From an uncultured Bacteriovorax sp. (GTDB lineage: Bacteria > Bdellovibrionota > UBA1018): DNA of 64,000 nt. The stretch covers positions 612 to 64,611 of the forward strand of contig CAYSOA010000011.1 in the NCBI GenBank assembly GCA_964432565.1, in the 5' to 3' direction. The position numbers were made by a program, and so were the translations under genes. Shown piece after piece: positions 54,477 to 63,933 of this stretch (position 1 is its first letter; each line of letters begins with the position of its first letter). A model generated the notes under the pieces. The model ran no database searches. It was not told the origin of the DNA and worked only from the letters and a program-made list of their open reading frames with translations.

Positions 54477-54697
54477 ACCTGCCCATTAAGCTTCCCGTCG
54501 TCTTTTTGCTTCCCGCTGCCATTGCTCTGCTGGGCGCGGCCGCTTACGGCGGCTTCTTCATCTATGAGATGATGGAGTCCTCGCTTTCAGCCGGGGGCAG
54601 CAAATATGCCGTGAAGCTGCCGGCAACGGCGCCAGTTCAGACGAAGGAAGCCCCTCAGTGCGCTCAAAAGACGGCCAAGTGGTTGGGCTGTTATTGA
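54473..54697 (+). CDS. small membrane protein (74 aa)
   Basis: Strong RBS AAGGAGAGAG 3 nt before the ATG. TM helix LPVVFLLPAAIALLGAAAYGGFFIY. Confidence 0.5.
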   Translation: MNLPIKLPVVFLLPAAIALLGAAAYGGFFIYEMMESSLSAGGSKYAVKLPATAPVQTKEAPQCAQKTAKWLGCY

Positions 54698-54717
54698 CGC
54701 GTTTGGAGAGTGAAGGT

Positions 54718-54794
54718 TGGTGGCTGAGGGCAGGATCGAACTGCCGACCTGCGGGTTATGAATCCGCCGCTCTAACCATCTGAGCTACCCAGCC
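54718..54794 (-). tRNA. tRNA with CAT anticodon (elongator Met-like; Ile2/lysidine substrate not excluded)
   Basis: The reverse complement is GGCTGGGTAGCTCAGATGGTTAGAGCGGCGGATTCATAACCCGCAGGTCGGCAGTTCGATCCTGCCCTCAGCCACCA. It folds as a cloverleaf with a 7-bp acceptor stem, GCTC/GAGC D stem, TTCATAA anticodon loop, GGCAG/CTGCC T stem, TTCGATC T loop and an encoded CCA. G1-C72 is paired, so it is not an initiator. Confidence 0.9.
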
Positions 54795-54894
54795 GGACCT
54801 TCCAATGAAAACGAGTGGTCGAGAACCTAATTTAGACCCGGCACCGGGTCAAGCTCCGTCTCAGAAGAATCCGATAAGGGAGTCTCCCGGGCCA

Positions 54895-55863
54895 ATGGGT
54901 GGAGCCCTGATTCGACGGTTGATTCACGATCTGCGTCGATCCGGTCTTTCGCTTCCCCTTTCCGGCTCTCTAGATTCGCAGATCCTCATCGCGTGCTCAG
55001 GTGGTCTTGACTCGACCGCCCTTGCCGTTCTCATCGCTCGGTACGGCACCCGAGTGGCTCCCGTCAGTAGCCTGGCGCTGCTGCACGTGGATCATGGGTG
55101 GAGGGGGCCAGAAAGTCGGGCGGATGCCCAGCGAGTGGAGCAGCTTGCTCTTCGCCTGGGGGTCCCTTGCCTCGTCGAAACACTTGACCCTTCAGTCCGA
55201 CCCGCAGGGTCCTCTTTGGAAGAGTGGGGAAGGCAGGAGAGAAAGCGGATCTATCAGAAGTACGGCGAGCAGGGCTTTCGGATTTTGACCGGACATCAGG
55301 CAGATGAGCTCTGCGAGACGCTCCTGTGGCGCCTTTTTACAGGTGCCGCCACCACACACGGAGCAGGTATTCTGATCCGCGAAGGGTACGAGATTCGTCC
55401 GCTGCTTGGCTGCCAGAAGTCCGAGCTGCGAACGTTCCTCGAAGAGGAGGCCGAGGTCTGGAGTGAAGACCCGACCAATCAGGACCCCTCATTGCTGCGG
55501 GGCGGAATGCGTCAATCCCTCGTGCCGGTGCTGACGCGTCTCTTTCCTCGGTGGAAGTCGCATCTTTTGCAGGGCCGTACTGCGGAGGTTGCCAGCCGTG
55601 CTTCTCCTGAAGCCAGCGACTCAGAAACTGAAGTGCTCGACTGGATGAATCAATGGTTCGGACAGGCCGGAGTCCGTACCCGCCGCTCGCATTGGCAGAC
55701 CATCCAGAAATGGCTGGGCTGGCTGCGGACTCCTGATCCATCCGTGCCTGCGGACTCGGACCGGACACTTTGCCTGCAGTCGGGCTGGCGGGTCCGCTTC
55801 GAGAGAGCGTGCTCGGACCAGAGTGCTCGTGTGGTCATCGAGCGCGATAGCACAGGGCACTGA
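54895..55863 (+). CDS. tilS: tRNA(Ile)-lysidine synthetase
   Basis: PP-loop ILIACSGGLDSTAL, plus HVDHGWR and LTGHQADE. The ATG at 54895 is preferred over the track start at 54805 because it leaves room for the divergent tRNA promoter. The start is uncertain. Confidence 0.85.
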   Translation: MGGALIRRLIHDLRRSGLSLPLSGSLDSQILIACSGGLDSTALAVLIARYGTRVAPVSSLALLHVDHGWRGPESRADAQRVEQLALRLGVPCLVETLDPSVRPAGSSLEEWGRQERKRIYQKYGEQGFRILTGHQADELCETLLWRLFTGAATTHGAGILIREGYEIRPLLGCQKSELRTFLEEEAEVWSEDPTNQDPSLLRGGMRQSLVPVLTRLFPRWKSHLLQGRTAEVASRASPEASDSETEVLDWMNQWFGQAGVRTRRSHWQTIQKWLGWLRTPDPSVPADSDRTLCLQSGWRVRFERACSDQSARVVIERDSTGH

Positions 55864-55915
55864 AATTGATGTTTGAGTTTCAAAGTGTTAACTTTGAGAA
55901 GAAGGAATATTGCCG

Positions 55916-57829
55916 ATGAAATCTTCCCACAAGACCATTGCCCTCTGGCTCGTGCTGATTCTTCTGTTCACCAGCCTTTTCAAACTCTTCGATCAGGGAA
56001 ACCGGGCTCAGAAGCCAGTGAAATTCAGTGAGTTCGTGCAGCTCCTGAAGGACGGCAAGGTGAGTGATGTCACGTTCAAGGCGGACAACCTGATCGTGGG
56101 CACCTTCAAGGAAGAGCAGCCCGACGGCCGCAAGTTTTTCGAGACGGTCGGTGACACCTCGAACGCCAAGGTTTTCGAGATCCTCGAAAAGAACAATATT
56201 ATCCCGAACTACGAACGTCAGGAGAAGACTCCCGTCTGGCAGCAGGCGTTGATTTCGTGGTTTCCGATGCTTCTGCTCTTTGTGTTCTTCTTTCTCTTCA
56301 TGCGGCAGATTCAGGTGGGCGGCGGCAAGGCCATGTCCTTTGGCAAGAGCAAGGCCCGACTCCTGACGGAGTCCACCAATAAGGTAACGTTCAAGGACGT
56401 TGCCGGTGTCGAAGAGGCTAAACAGGAACTCGAAGAGATCATCGACTTTCTGAAGGATCCGAAGAAGTTCACTCGCCTTGGCGGACGCATTCCCAAGGGA
56501 GTACTCCTGATGGGTTCCCCGGGGACCGGAAAAACCCTGCTGGCCAAGGCGATTGCCGGCGAGGCCGGAGTTCCCTTCTTCTCGATCTCGGGCTCCGACT
56601 TCGTTGAAATGTTTGTCGGCGTGGGAGCTTCGCGAGTTCGTGATCTCTTCGAACAGGGAAAGAAGCATGCCCCCTGCATCATCTTTATTGACGAGATTGA
56701 TGCCGTCGGGCGCCATCGAGGTGCAGGACTGGGTGGCGGACATGATGAGCGCGAGCAGACCCTCAACCAGCTTCTCGTTGAAATGGATGGGTTTGAATCC
56801 AACGACGGTGTGATCCTCATTGCGGCGACCAACCGTCCCGACGTGCTGGATCCGGCGCTGTTGCGTCCCGGTCGCTTTGACCGACGTGTCGTGGTGCCCG
56901 CGCCCGATCTCCGGGGCCGCGAGCAGATCCTCAACGTCCATACTCGCAAGACGCCGCTGGCTTCGGGCACGAACATGGCGACCATTGCGCGCGGTACCCC
57001 AGGCTTCTCGGGTGCCGACCTCGAGAACCTGGTCAACGAGGCGGCATTGATGGCCGCTCGAGCCAACAAGAAGGTGGTCGAGATGGCCGACTTCGAGAAC
57101 GCCAAGGACAAGGTACTGATGGGCTCAGAGCGTCGCAGCATGGTCCTGACCGAGCAGGATCGTCGTACTACCGCCTACCATGAGGCTGGACATACGATCG
57201 TCGGCAAGTTCATCCCAGGTATTGACCCGATTCACAAGGTCACGATCATTCCCCGTGGAAGGGCGCTGGGACTCACTCAGACGCTTCCGAACGAGGACAG
57301 TGTCAGCCTCTCGAAGGACAAGGCCGAGAACAATATTGCCTTTCTCATGGGCGGAAGAATCGCCGAAGAGCTGGTACTCAAGCAGAAGACCACGGGCGCC
57401 GGAAACGACATCGAGCGAGCCAGTGACATCGCCCGAAAGATGGTTTGCGAATGGGGAATGAGTGATGTGCTGGGGCCCATGATGTTCGGCCAGAAGGAAG
57501 AGCAGATCTTTCTCGGACGAGAAATCAGCCAGCATCGCGACTATTCGGAGCAGACGGCTCAGACGATCGATCGGGAGATCCGGGATATCGTCGAACGAAA
57601 CTACCGTCGGGCTCGCGAGATCCTCACGACGAATCTGGGAGTGCTGCACGCCCTTTCCGAGGCACTTCTGGAGTTCGAGACGCTGGACGGCGTCGAGATT
57701 GACCAGATCATCCGGGGAGAGAAGATCGTCCGCAAGGTGGCATCCGCAGCTGGGGACCCTCCGGCTGATGCGGCCGAGCCCGTCGAGGATGATACGTCCG
57801 GGGCAACTCCTGCTCCGGTGCCGGTCTGA
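55916..57829 (+). CDS. ftsH: ATP-dependent zinc metalloprotease FtsH
   Basis: Two N-terminal TM helices, Walker A GSPGTGKT, the SRH region, and the zinc site HEAGHTIV. Confidence 0.97.
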   Translation: MKSSHKTIALWLVLILLFTSLFKLFDQGNRAQKPVKFSEFVQLLKDGKVSDVTFKADNLIVGTFKEEQPDGRKFFETVGDTSNAKVFEILEKNNIIPNYERQEKTPVWQQALISWFPMLLLFVFFFLFMRQIQVGGGKAMSFGKSKARLLTESTNKVTFKDVAGVEEAKQELEEIIDFLKDPKKFTRLGGRIPKGVLLMGSPGTGKTLLAKAIAGEAGVPFFSISGSDFVEMFVGVGASRVRDLFEQGKKHAPCIIFIDEIDAVGRHRGAGLGGGHDEREQTLNQLLVEMDGFESNDGVILIAATNRPDVLDPALLRPGRFDRRVVVPAPDLRGREQILNVHTRKTPLASGTNMATIARGTPGFSGADLENLVNEAALMAARANKKVVEMADFENAKDKVLMGSERRSMVLTEQDRRTTAYHEAGHTIVGKFIPGIDPIHKVTIIPRGRALGLTQTLPNEDSVSLSKDKAENNIAFLMGGRIAEELVLKQKTTGAGNDIERASDIARKMVCEWGMSDVLGPMMFGQKEEQIFLGREISQHRDYSEQTAQTIDREIRDIVERNYRRAREILTTNLGVLHALSEALLEFETLDGVEIDQIIRGEKIVRKVASAAGDPPADAAEPVEDDTSGATPAPVPV

Positions 57830-57858
57830 TCAAAAGCGCTGCCCCGGGGGCCTAGACA

Positions 57859-58725
57859 GTGACCGAACTGTTCCAGCAGCTCACTTCGAGTTTTCGACCC
57901 AGCGATCTCGTAGACATCTTCCTGGTCGCTCTTCTGGTCTATCGGCTCGTCCTGCTGATCAAGGGCACTCGGGCCATGCAGATGTTGACCGGACTTGGGA
58001 TTCTCGGAATCGGCTACTTCGTTTCGTCGACGTTCGAGCTCTTCACGACGCATTGGCTGCTGTCGTACTTTTTCGACTACCTGATCCTGATCGTGATCGT
58101 TCTTTTCCAGGATGACCTGCGGAAGGCATTGACCCACGTGGGCAAGAATCCCTTCTTCTCGGCGGCTTCAGCCGAGGAAGAGCGCTTCATGGTGGACGAG
58201 ATCGCGCGTGCCGCCACGCAGCTGGCTCATGATCGCGTCGGTGCGTTGATCGTCATCGAGCGGGAAACCGGTCTAAAGAACTTTCTCGATACCGGATCGA
58301 AGATCGAGGCACGGGTGAATGCCGAGCTTCTGTATTCGATCTTCAATGTCGCTTCACCGCTGCATGACGGCGCCGTGATCATCACCAATGGCAAGGTGGC
58401 CGCAGCAGGATGCTTTCTCCCGCTGTCGAAGGACCCGAATATCGATAAACGCTACGGAACGCGGCATCGTGCAGCGCTGGGGATCACTGAAGACACCGAT
58501 GCAATCGTCGTTCTCGTTTCCGAAGAGGCGGGAGAGGCCCATCTCGTCAAGAATGGGCGCCTGATGCAGAACCTGTCCGAAGACGAGCTCTCCCAGAGTC
58601 TGGCCGCTCTTCTGGATATCTCACGATCGAACCGACCGCTTCCGCGTCGGGTGGCGCGACTGGCCGCCTGGTTTGGAATCCCTGCTCAGTCGCGTTCCTC
58701 CGGTCGCCAGGAAGGAGATTCGTAA
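57859..58725 (+). CDS. cdaA: diadenylate cyclase CdaA (DisA_N domain)
   Basis: Three N-terminal TM helices. GALIVIE, LHDGAVII, and GTRHRAALGITEDTDAIVVLVSEE. GTG start. Confidence 0.9.
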   Translation: MTELFQQLTSSFRPSDLVDIFLVALLVYRLVLLIKGTRAMQMLTGLGILGIGYFVSSTFELFTTHWLLSYFFDYLILIVIVLFQDDLRKALTHVGKNPFFSAASAEEERFMVDEIARAATQLAHDRVGALIVIERETGLKNFLDTGSKIEARVNAELLYSIFNVASPLHDGAVIITNGKVAAAGCFLPLSKDPNIDKRYGTRHRAALGITEDTDAIVVLVSEEAGEAHLVKNGRLMQNLSEDELSQSLAALLDISRSNRPLPRRVARLAAWFGIPAQSRSSGRQEGDS

Positions 58726-59645
58726 TGGAGGGGCGCTCGGGATCGATTCGGGACCTGCTTGTGAACAATCTCGCCACCAAGCTGATTTCGCTGGTGGTGG
58801 CGGTCGTTCTCTGGGTGGTGGTGCTGGGCTCTAGAAACGTCGAAGTGAGCAAGGAAGTTCCCGTTGAAGTACTGACCCCGTCGAACATGGTGGTGGCCAA
58901 CGAAGTTCCCGAGAAGCTGACGTTTCGGCTCTCAGGCCCCAAGGCCTTCCTGAGGGCCCTGCTTGATCGCAGGGAGGAGCCGATTCAGGTGAATCTGGTG
59001 GGAAGCAAACCCGGTCTGGTGACTTACCGATTTTTTTCGGATCACATTCGAGTTCCGATCGGCGTGAAGGTGCTCTCGGTCAGTCCGGCATCAATTCTGA
59101 TCAAACTGGAGCAGATTCGCAGGCGGGAGGTTCCCATTCGGATTGTGACCGAAGGAGAGCTTCCCGAAGGGTTGGTGATGAAGTCGCTGACGGCGTCACC
59201 GGAGACGGTCACTATCAAGGGACCCGAGTCCCGCATCGATGGAATTACTGAGGTTCCGTCTGTTCCGCTCAGGCTCGCTGAAGTTCGCTCGAGCTTTGAA
59301 CGAGAACTGGCGTTGAACCTGAATGGACTGGGGGTCCAGCTCGAAGGAGATCTTCCAAAGATTCGAGGGGAGATCGAAGGGCTGGGAGCCAACTTCAAGA
59401 TCAAGAACATCGAAGTTCGGGTGATCACTTCCTATCGCACGAAAGTCGTTCCTCCTGTGGTGACGGCATGGGTTCGAGCCACTCCAGAAGAGTTGAAGCG
59501 TCTCAGTCGCAGCAAGGTTTTTGCCAGTGTGGATGCCTCCGACCTCGAACGAGGCACACATGAGGTTTCTCCCGTGCTGGCACTTCCCGAGAACGTCACT
59601 CCGGTCCGGGTCTCTCCGGAGAAGGTGAAATTGACGTTGTATTGA
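58725..59645 (+). CDS. cdaR: CdaR/YbbR-domain regulator of CdaA
   Basis: An N-terminal TM is followed by repeated YbbR-like beta modules (V.V..P....V.......V.V.G). TAATG overlap with cdaA. Confidence 0.8.
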   Translation: MEGRSGSIRDLLVNNLATKLISLVVAVVLWVVVLGSRNVEVSKEVPVEVLTPSNMVVANEVPEKLTFRLSGPKAFLRALLDRREEPIQVNLVGSKPGLVTYRFFSDHIRVPIGVKVLSVSPASILIKLEQIRRREVPIRIVTEGELPEGLVMKSLTASPETVTIKGPESRIDGITEVPSVPLRLAEVRSSFERELALNLNGLGVQLEGDLPKIRGEIEGLGANFKIKNIEVRVITSYRTKVVPPVVTAWVRATPEELKRLSRSKVFASVDASDLERGTHEVSPVLALPENVTPVRVSPEKVKLTLY

Positions 59646-59666
59646 GCTTCTCTTCCATGCGAGACG

Positions 59667-61088
59667 ATGGCCATGTCGCAACGTCTGTTTGGAACCGATG
59701 GCATCCGAGGAATGGCCAATGAGCACCCGATGACGGGTGAGGTCGCCATGGCCGTAGGGCGGGCAGTGGCCCATGTCCTTCGAAGTCACCCCATCACCAC
59801 CCAGAGAAGCACGCTTCCGATCGGACTCAAGCCGCTCGAATCCAGCAAGTCCATTCGCCGCGCCAAGATCGTGGTGGGGAAGGACACCCGGCTCTCAGGC
59901 TACATGATCGAACAGGCACTGGCCTCGGGGATCTGCTCGATGGGCGCCGATGTGATCCTGATCGGACCTCTTTCGACTCCGGGGGTGGCCTTCGTCACCC
60001 AGAGCATGCGTGCCGACGCGGGAATCATGATCTCAGCTTCCCACAATCCTTACCACGACAACGGAATCAAGATCTTCTCGGCCGACGGCTACAAACTGCC
60101 GGACGAGCTGGAGCATGAAATCGAGCGCCTCGTCCTGGGCGGCGAGATCTCGACGATTCGTCCGACGGGTGATCTGGTGGGCAAGGCTTTTCGTCTGGAT
60201 GATATTCACAATCGTTACCTCGTCTTTTTGAAGGCGCTCTTTGCGAAGGATCTCGACCTCATGGGGCTTCGCATTGCGCTCGACTGTGCCAACGGCGCCG
60301 CCTACAAGGTCGCGCCACTGGTTTTTGAGGAGCTCGGAGCTGAAGTGATCAAGTCGGGCGTTTCTCCCAACGGCCTGAACATCAACGACCAGTGCGGAGC
60401 CCTGCATCCCGAGGCCGTGGCCGCCCATGTGGTTCAGTATCGAGCTGACGTCGGAATCGCCCTGGATGGCGACGGCGATCGGTGCATCCTGACCGATGAA
60501 AACGGCGAGATTGTCGACGGTGACCAGATCATCGGAATTCTCGCGTTGAGAATGGCCGAGGAAGGGACTCTTTCGCATAAGACCGTGGTGACGACCCCCA
60601 TGTCGAACCTGGGAATGGAACTCACGCTCAAGGAACACGGGATTGCCATGGTTCGAGCGCAGGTGGGGGATCGGTATGTGGTCGATACGATGCGCAAGAA
60701 CGGATTCAATCTCGGAGGAGAACAGTCGGGACACATCATCTTCCTTGATCAGTCGACGACCGGGGATGGAATCGTTGCCGCGCTGAAGGTGCTCGAGGCC
60801 ATGAAGCGCACCGGAAAGAAGCTTTCCGAACTGAAAAAGGGCATCCGCCTTTTTCCTCAGGTTCGGAATGATGTCCGAGTCTCGAAGCGCGAGAAGCTCG
60901 AAAACCTTCCTGCCGTCCAGACCGCCATTCGTGCCGGTGAAGAGGCGTTGGCGGGAAGGGGACGCATCTTTGTTCGATTCTCGGGCACCGAGCCCCTTTG
61001 TCGCATCCTGGTCGAAGGCGAGGATGAGGCTCGAATTCGGGAGATCTCAGAGCGGGTGGCTCAGGCCGTTCGTGGGAGCCTGACATGA
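59667..61088 (+). CDS. glmM: phosphoglucosamine mutase (with about 22-aa N-terminal insertion)
   Basis: FGTDGIRG, SASHNPYHDNGIK (phospho-Ser), DGDGDR, GGEQSGH. Confidence 0.95.
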   Translation: MAMSQRLFGTDGIRGMANEHPMTGEVAMAVGRAVAHVLRSHPITTQRSTLPIGLKPLESSKSIRRAKIVVGKDTRLSGYMIEQALASGICSMGADVILIGPLSTPGVAFVTQSMRADAGIMISASHNPYHDNGIKIFSADGYKLPDELEHEIERLVLGGEISTIRPTGDLVGKAFRLDDIHNRYLVFLKALFAKDLDLMGLRIALDCANGAAYKVAPLVFEELGAEVIKSGVSPNGLNINDQCGALHPEAVAAHVVQYRADVGIALDGDGDRCILTDENGEIVDGDQIIGILALRMAEEGTLSHKTVVTTPMSNLGMELTLKEHGIAMVRAQVGDRYVVDTMRKNGFNLGGEQSGHIIFLDQSTTGDGIVAALKVLEAMKRTGKKLSELKKGIRLFPQVRNDVRVSKREKLENLPAVQTAIRAGEEALAGRGRIFVRFSGTEPLCRILVEGEDEARIREISERVAQAVRGSLT

Positions 61089-61858
61089 AGGCCAGTCCCC
61101 AGTTGGGCATCAATGTGGACCATGTGGCGACCCTTCGACAACTGAGGGGAACACCTTATCCCGACATGATCGAGGCCGTTCGTTTGGCCGTGGCAGGTGG
61201 AGCAGATCAGATTACAATTCATCTCCGGGAAGACCGTCGGCACATACAGGATACCGATGTTCGCGCGATTGCCGCTGCCTTGGGCACGACGATCCCCGGG
61301 CGATTGAATCTCGAAATGGCCGCCACCGAAGAAATGGTTCGAATCGCACGTCGGACTAAGCCGGAGTGGGCCTGTCTGGTTCCCGAAAAGCGCCAGGAAG
61401 TGACGACCGAAGGAGGCCTCGCTCTTGAAAAGCAGGAGCGACGAATTCGGCGTACTCTCGACGCACTAAAGAAAGCTGGAATTCGGGTCAGCCTCTTTGT
61501 CGAGCCGAGCGTCAAGGCAGTGCGACTGAGTCACGCATGGGGTGCGGACGCCGTCGAACTGCACACCGGAAAATACTGCCTGGAAACCCAGCGGCGCACC
61601 CCCAGTCAGCGCGGGATCGACCGCCAGCTGCGACGCATCGAGGATGCCGCGCGCGCGGGAACTTCGGCGGGAATCCTCGTGCATGCGGGTCATGGTTTTG
61701 ACTACGAGAATGTTCGGCCTGTCGCAGCCTGGACTACTGCCGAGGGGATGCCCCTGATTCGCGAATACAATATCGGGCATGCCGTGATCTGTCGCGCTGC
61801 GATGGTAGGTCTGGAACGTGCGGTTCGAGAAATGAAGTCCGCCATCCTCGCTCCTTGA
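61085..61858 (+). CDS. pdxJ: pyridoxine 5'-phosphate synthase
   Basis: LGINVDHVATLRQLRG, HLREDRRHI, EYNIGHA. ATGA overlap with glmM. Confidence 0.95.
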   Translation: MKASPQLGINVDHVATLRQLRGTPYPDMIEAVRLAVAGGADQITIHLREDRRHIQDTDVRAIAAALGTTIPGRLNLEMAATEEMVRIARRTKPEWACLVPEKRQEVTTEGGLALEKQERRIRRTLDALKKAGIRVSLFVEPSVKAVRLSHAWGADAVELHTGKYCLETQRRTPSQRGIDRQLRRIEDAARAGTSAGILVHAGHGFDYENVRPVAAWTTAEGMPLIREYNIGHAVICRAAMVGLERAVREMKSAILAP

Positions 61859-61871
61859 GCTTGTCGGGGGG

Positions 61872-63503
61872 GTGCTGCACACTGGAGCCATGTCCATTCA
61901 CGCGCTCCCTCATCACCCGATTCGAATCTGCACGGCTTCCGAGATGCGGGAGCTGGATCGCATTTCAGAAGAAGACTACGGAATCGACGCCATTCTGCTG
62001 ATGGAGAACGCTGGAAGGGCAGCCGTTCAGATTCTGCTCGAAACCCTTCCTCATGCCGGAGATCGAACGGAGATCCTGGTTTTTGCCGGAAAGGGAAATA
62101 ATGCCGGTGACGCCTTCGTTGTAGCCCGTCGCCTGATGGCCCTTGATCGTCGTGTTCGGGTCTTTCATCTCGACAATGGATCCACTTACCGAGGAGCCAC
62201 GGCAAGAAACTTCGAGATCCTAAAGAAGATGAAGGCGAGGCTGACGCCCATTGAAAGTGCGGCCGAGCTCGAAGCCTTCTTTCGTACGACCGGCGGCCCG
62301 TTCACCGCCGTCGATGGCATTTTGGGGACCGGTCTGAAGGGCAATATCGAAGGGATCTTTTATGATGTCGTTCGCCTGATCAATCAGCACATCGACGAGG
62401 TGGTCTCGCTGGACATTCCCACGGGAGTCAGCGGCGACTCGGGGGCGATTCAGGGCGCGGCCATCCAGGCCACCCTGACGGTCTCGTTCGGTTTTCCAAA
62501 GATCGGACACTTTCTTCCCCCGGGAGCAGGGAAGCGGGGAAGGCTCGTCAACGTGGATATTTCGCTTCCGCCAAAGTTTCGCAGGGAGGGCGACAAGTTT
62601 CTGCTGATGCCCGGCCGCATGTCCGAGCTGATTCAGCAGAGAGATCGCTACGGGCACAAGAACGCCTTCGGGCATACGCTGTTGATCGGGGGTAGTCGGG
62701 GCCGTCTCGGCGCCATTTCGATGGCTGCGCGAGCCTGCCATCGCATGGGAACCGGCCTGGTCACTGTGGCCACCTGGGAGGACTGCCTCGATCTGCTGAT
62801 GGCTCGACTGCCAGATGAAACCATGGCCTTTGCCCTTCCTGATGACGCCCAAAACGTCGAAGAGGTTCAGCGTCTGTTGTCGAACTATTCGTGCGTGGTG
62901 ATCGGGCCGGGAATGGGCACTCGGCCGTCCGGGAAGCTGGTCGTTCAGGAAGTGCTGGGAAGCTTTCAGGGACCCGTGGTTCTGGACGCCGACGCCCTGA
63001 ACCTTGTGGCCGATCACAAGCTGCACGATTATCTGGTTGCGAGAAAACATCCGACGGTCCTGACACCGCATCCGGGAGAGATGGCCCGACTGCTGGAAGC
63101 GGACAAGGAGAGGGTCGTTGAGGATCCGGTGGGTGCCCTTCAGGAGGCGGTTGCCAGAACCCATTCGATCGTTCTCCTCAAGGGAGCCGCCACTTTGATT
63201 TCATCCCCGGATGAGGTGCTCTATCTCAACCACTATCCCAACGACGGCATGGCCACGGCCGGAAGCGGGGATGTCCTTGCGGGAATGATCGGGGGACTTC
63301 TCAGCCAGCGGATGGATTCATTTGAGGCAACCCAGCTGGCCGTTTATCTTCACAGCCTGGCCGGAGATCATGCGGCGCGGACCCAGGGTCACCGCAGCAT
63401 GACGGCCACTGACATCATCGAGAGTATTGCCCATGGATTTCGAGAGCTCCGACAACAGCAAACGCCCACCATGCCTGTGGAGGGAAGAGCCGAGCTGCGA
63501 TGA
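61872..63503 (+). CDS. nnr: bifunctional NAD(P)H-hydrate epimerase / ADP-dependent dehydratase
   Basis: YjeF_N part: GKGNNAGDAFV, DGILGTGL. Kinase-like part: VIGPGMG, LTPHPGEMARL, LKGAATLI, GSGDVLAGMIGG. The start is either GTG 61872 or ATG 61890. Confidence 0.9.
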   Translation: MLHTGAMSIHALPHHPIRICTASEMRELDRISEEDYGIDAILLMENAGRAAVQILLETLPHAGDRTEILVFAGKGNNAGDAFVVARRLMALDRRVRVFHLDNGSTYRGATARNFEILKKMKARLTPIESAAELEAFFRTTGGPFTAVDGILGTGLKGNIEGIFYDVVRLINQHIDEVVSLDIPTGVSGDSGAIQGAAIQATLTVSFGFPKIGHFLPPGAGKRGRLVNVDISLPPKFRREGDKFLLMPGRMSELIQQRDRYGHKNAFGHTLLIGGSRGRLGAISMAARACHRMGTGLVTVATWEDCLDLLMARLPDETMAFALPDDAQNVEEVQRLLSNYSCVVIGPGMGTRPSGKLVVQEVLGSFQGPVVLDADALNLVADHKLHDYLVARKHPTVLTPHPGEMARLLEADKERVVEDPVGALQEAVARTHSIVLLKGAATLISSPDEVLYLNHYPNDGMATAGSGDVLAGMIGGLLSQRMDSFEATQLAVYLHSLAGDHAARTQGHRSMTATDIIESIAHGFRELRQQQTPTMPVEGRAELR

Positions 63504-63933
63504 ACCGCAGTTGGCTCTTTTGGCGCAGGAAATGGCCCGGGAGATGCGTCCCGGAGCCTGGGTCTTGCTGGAAGGTCCGATGGGGGCGGGAAAGAGCACT
63601 TTTGCCCGGGCACTGATGGGCGGATTGGGCCTGAGGCTTCCCCCCGAAGGCAGTCCGACCTTTGCCATCGCACACGAGTACTCGGAGCCCGGAAGTCCGC
63701 GCCTCGTTCATCTCGATTTGTATCGTCTGGAGGATGAGGACGAACTCGAAGCGGCGGGGGTATCGGCCTATTTCTGGGAGCAGAGCGACGCCATGGTGCT
63801 CTCAGAATGGACTTCGCGCTGGCCGCGGCTTGTTGAGGCGATTTTAGAGGATCCCCGGCACCAGCGCTGGCAGGTCGAGCTCGAACCAGTCGATCACGGA
63901 ACGCGGCGCCGGATCCGAATTTACCGCGAGTAA
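63427..63933 (+). CDS. tsaE: tRNA t6A biosynthesis ATPase TsaE
   Basis: VLLEGPMGAGKSTFARAL and HLDLYRL. The true start may be TTG 63511 or ATG 63532, because the ATG at 63427 overlaps nnr by 77 nt. Confidence 0.85.
   Translation: MPMDFESSDNSKRPPCLWREEPSCDEPQLALLAQEMAREMRPGAWVLLEGPMGAGKSTFARALMGGLGLRLPPEGSPTFAIAHEYSEPGSPRLVHLDLYRLEDEDELEAAGVSAYFWEQSDAMVLSEWTSRWPRLVEAILEDPRHQRWQVELEPVDHGTRRRIRIYRE

Noticed and set aside
54718-54794. The tRNA gene as an integration hotspot or edge of a genomic island.
   Set aside because: There is no integrase, no direct repeat of the tRNA 3' end that I could find nearby, and the flanking genes (tilS-ftsH, the yhhQ region) are core functions.
55880-56941. A 353-aa minus-strand ORF.
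   Set aside because: It is entirely antisense to the unambiguous ftsH gene, so it is a shadow ORF.
62220-63164. A 314-aa minus-strand ORF. Similar shadows lie at 60033-60734, 49529-50323, 13855-14595, 32770-33621 and 8580-9793.
   Set aside because: All are antisense to genes with unambiguous family signatures: nnr, glmM, leuS, polA, htrA and exbD/tolQ.
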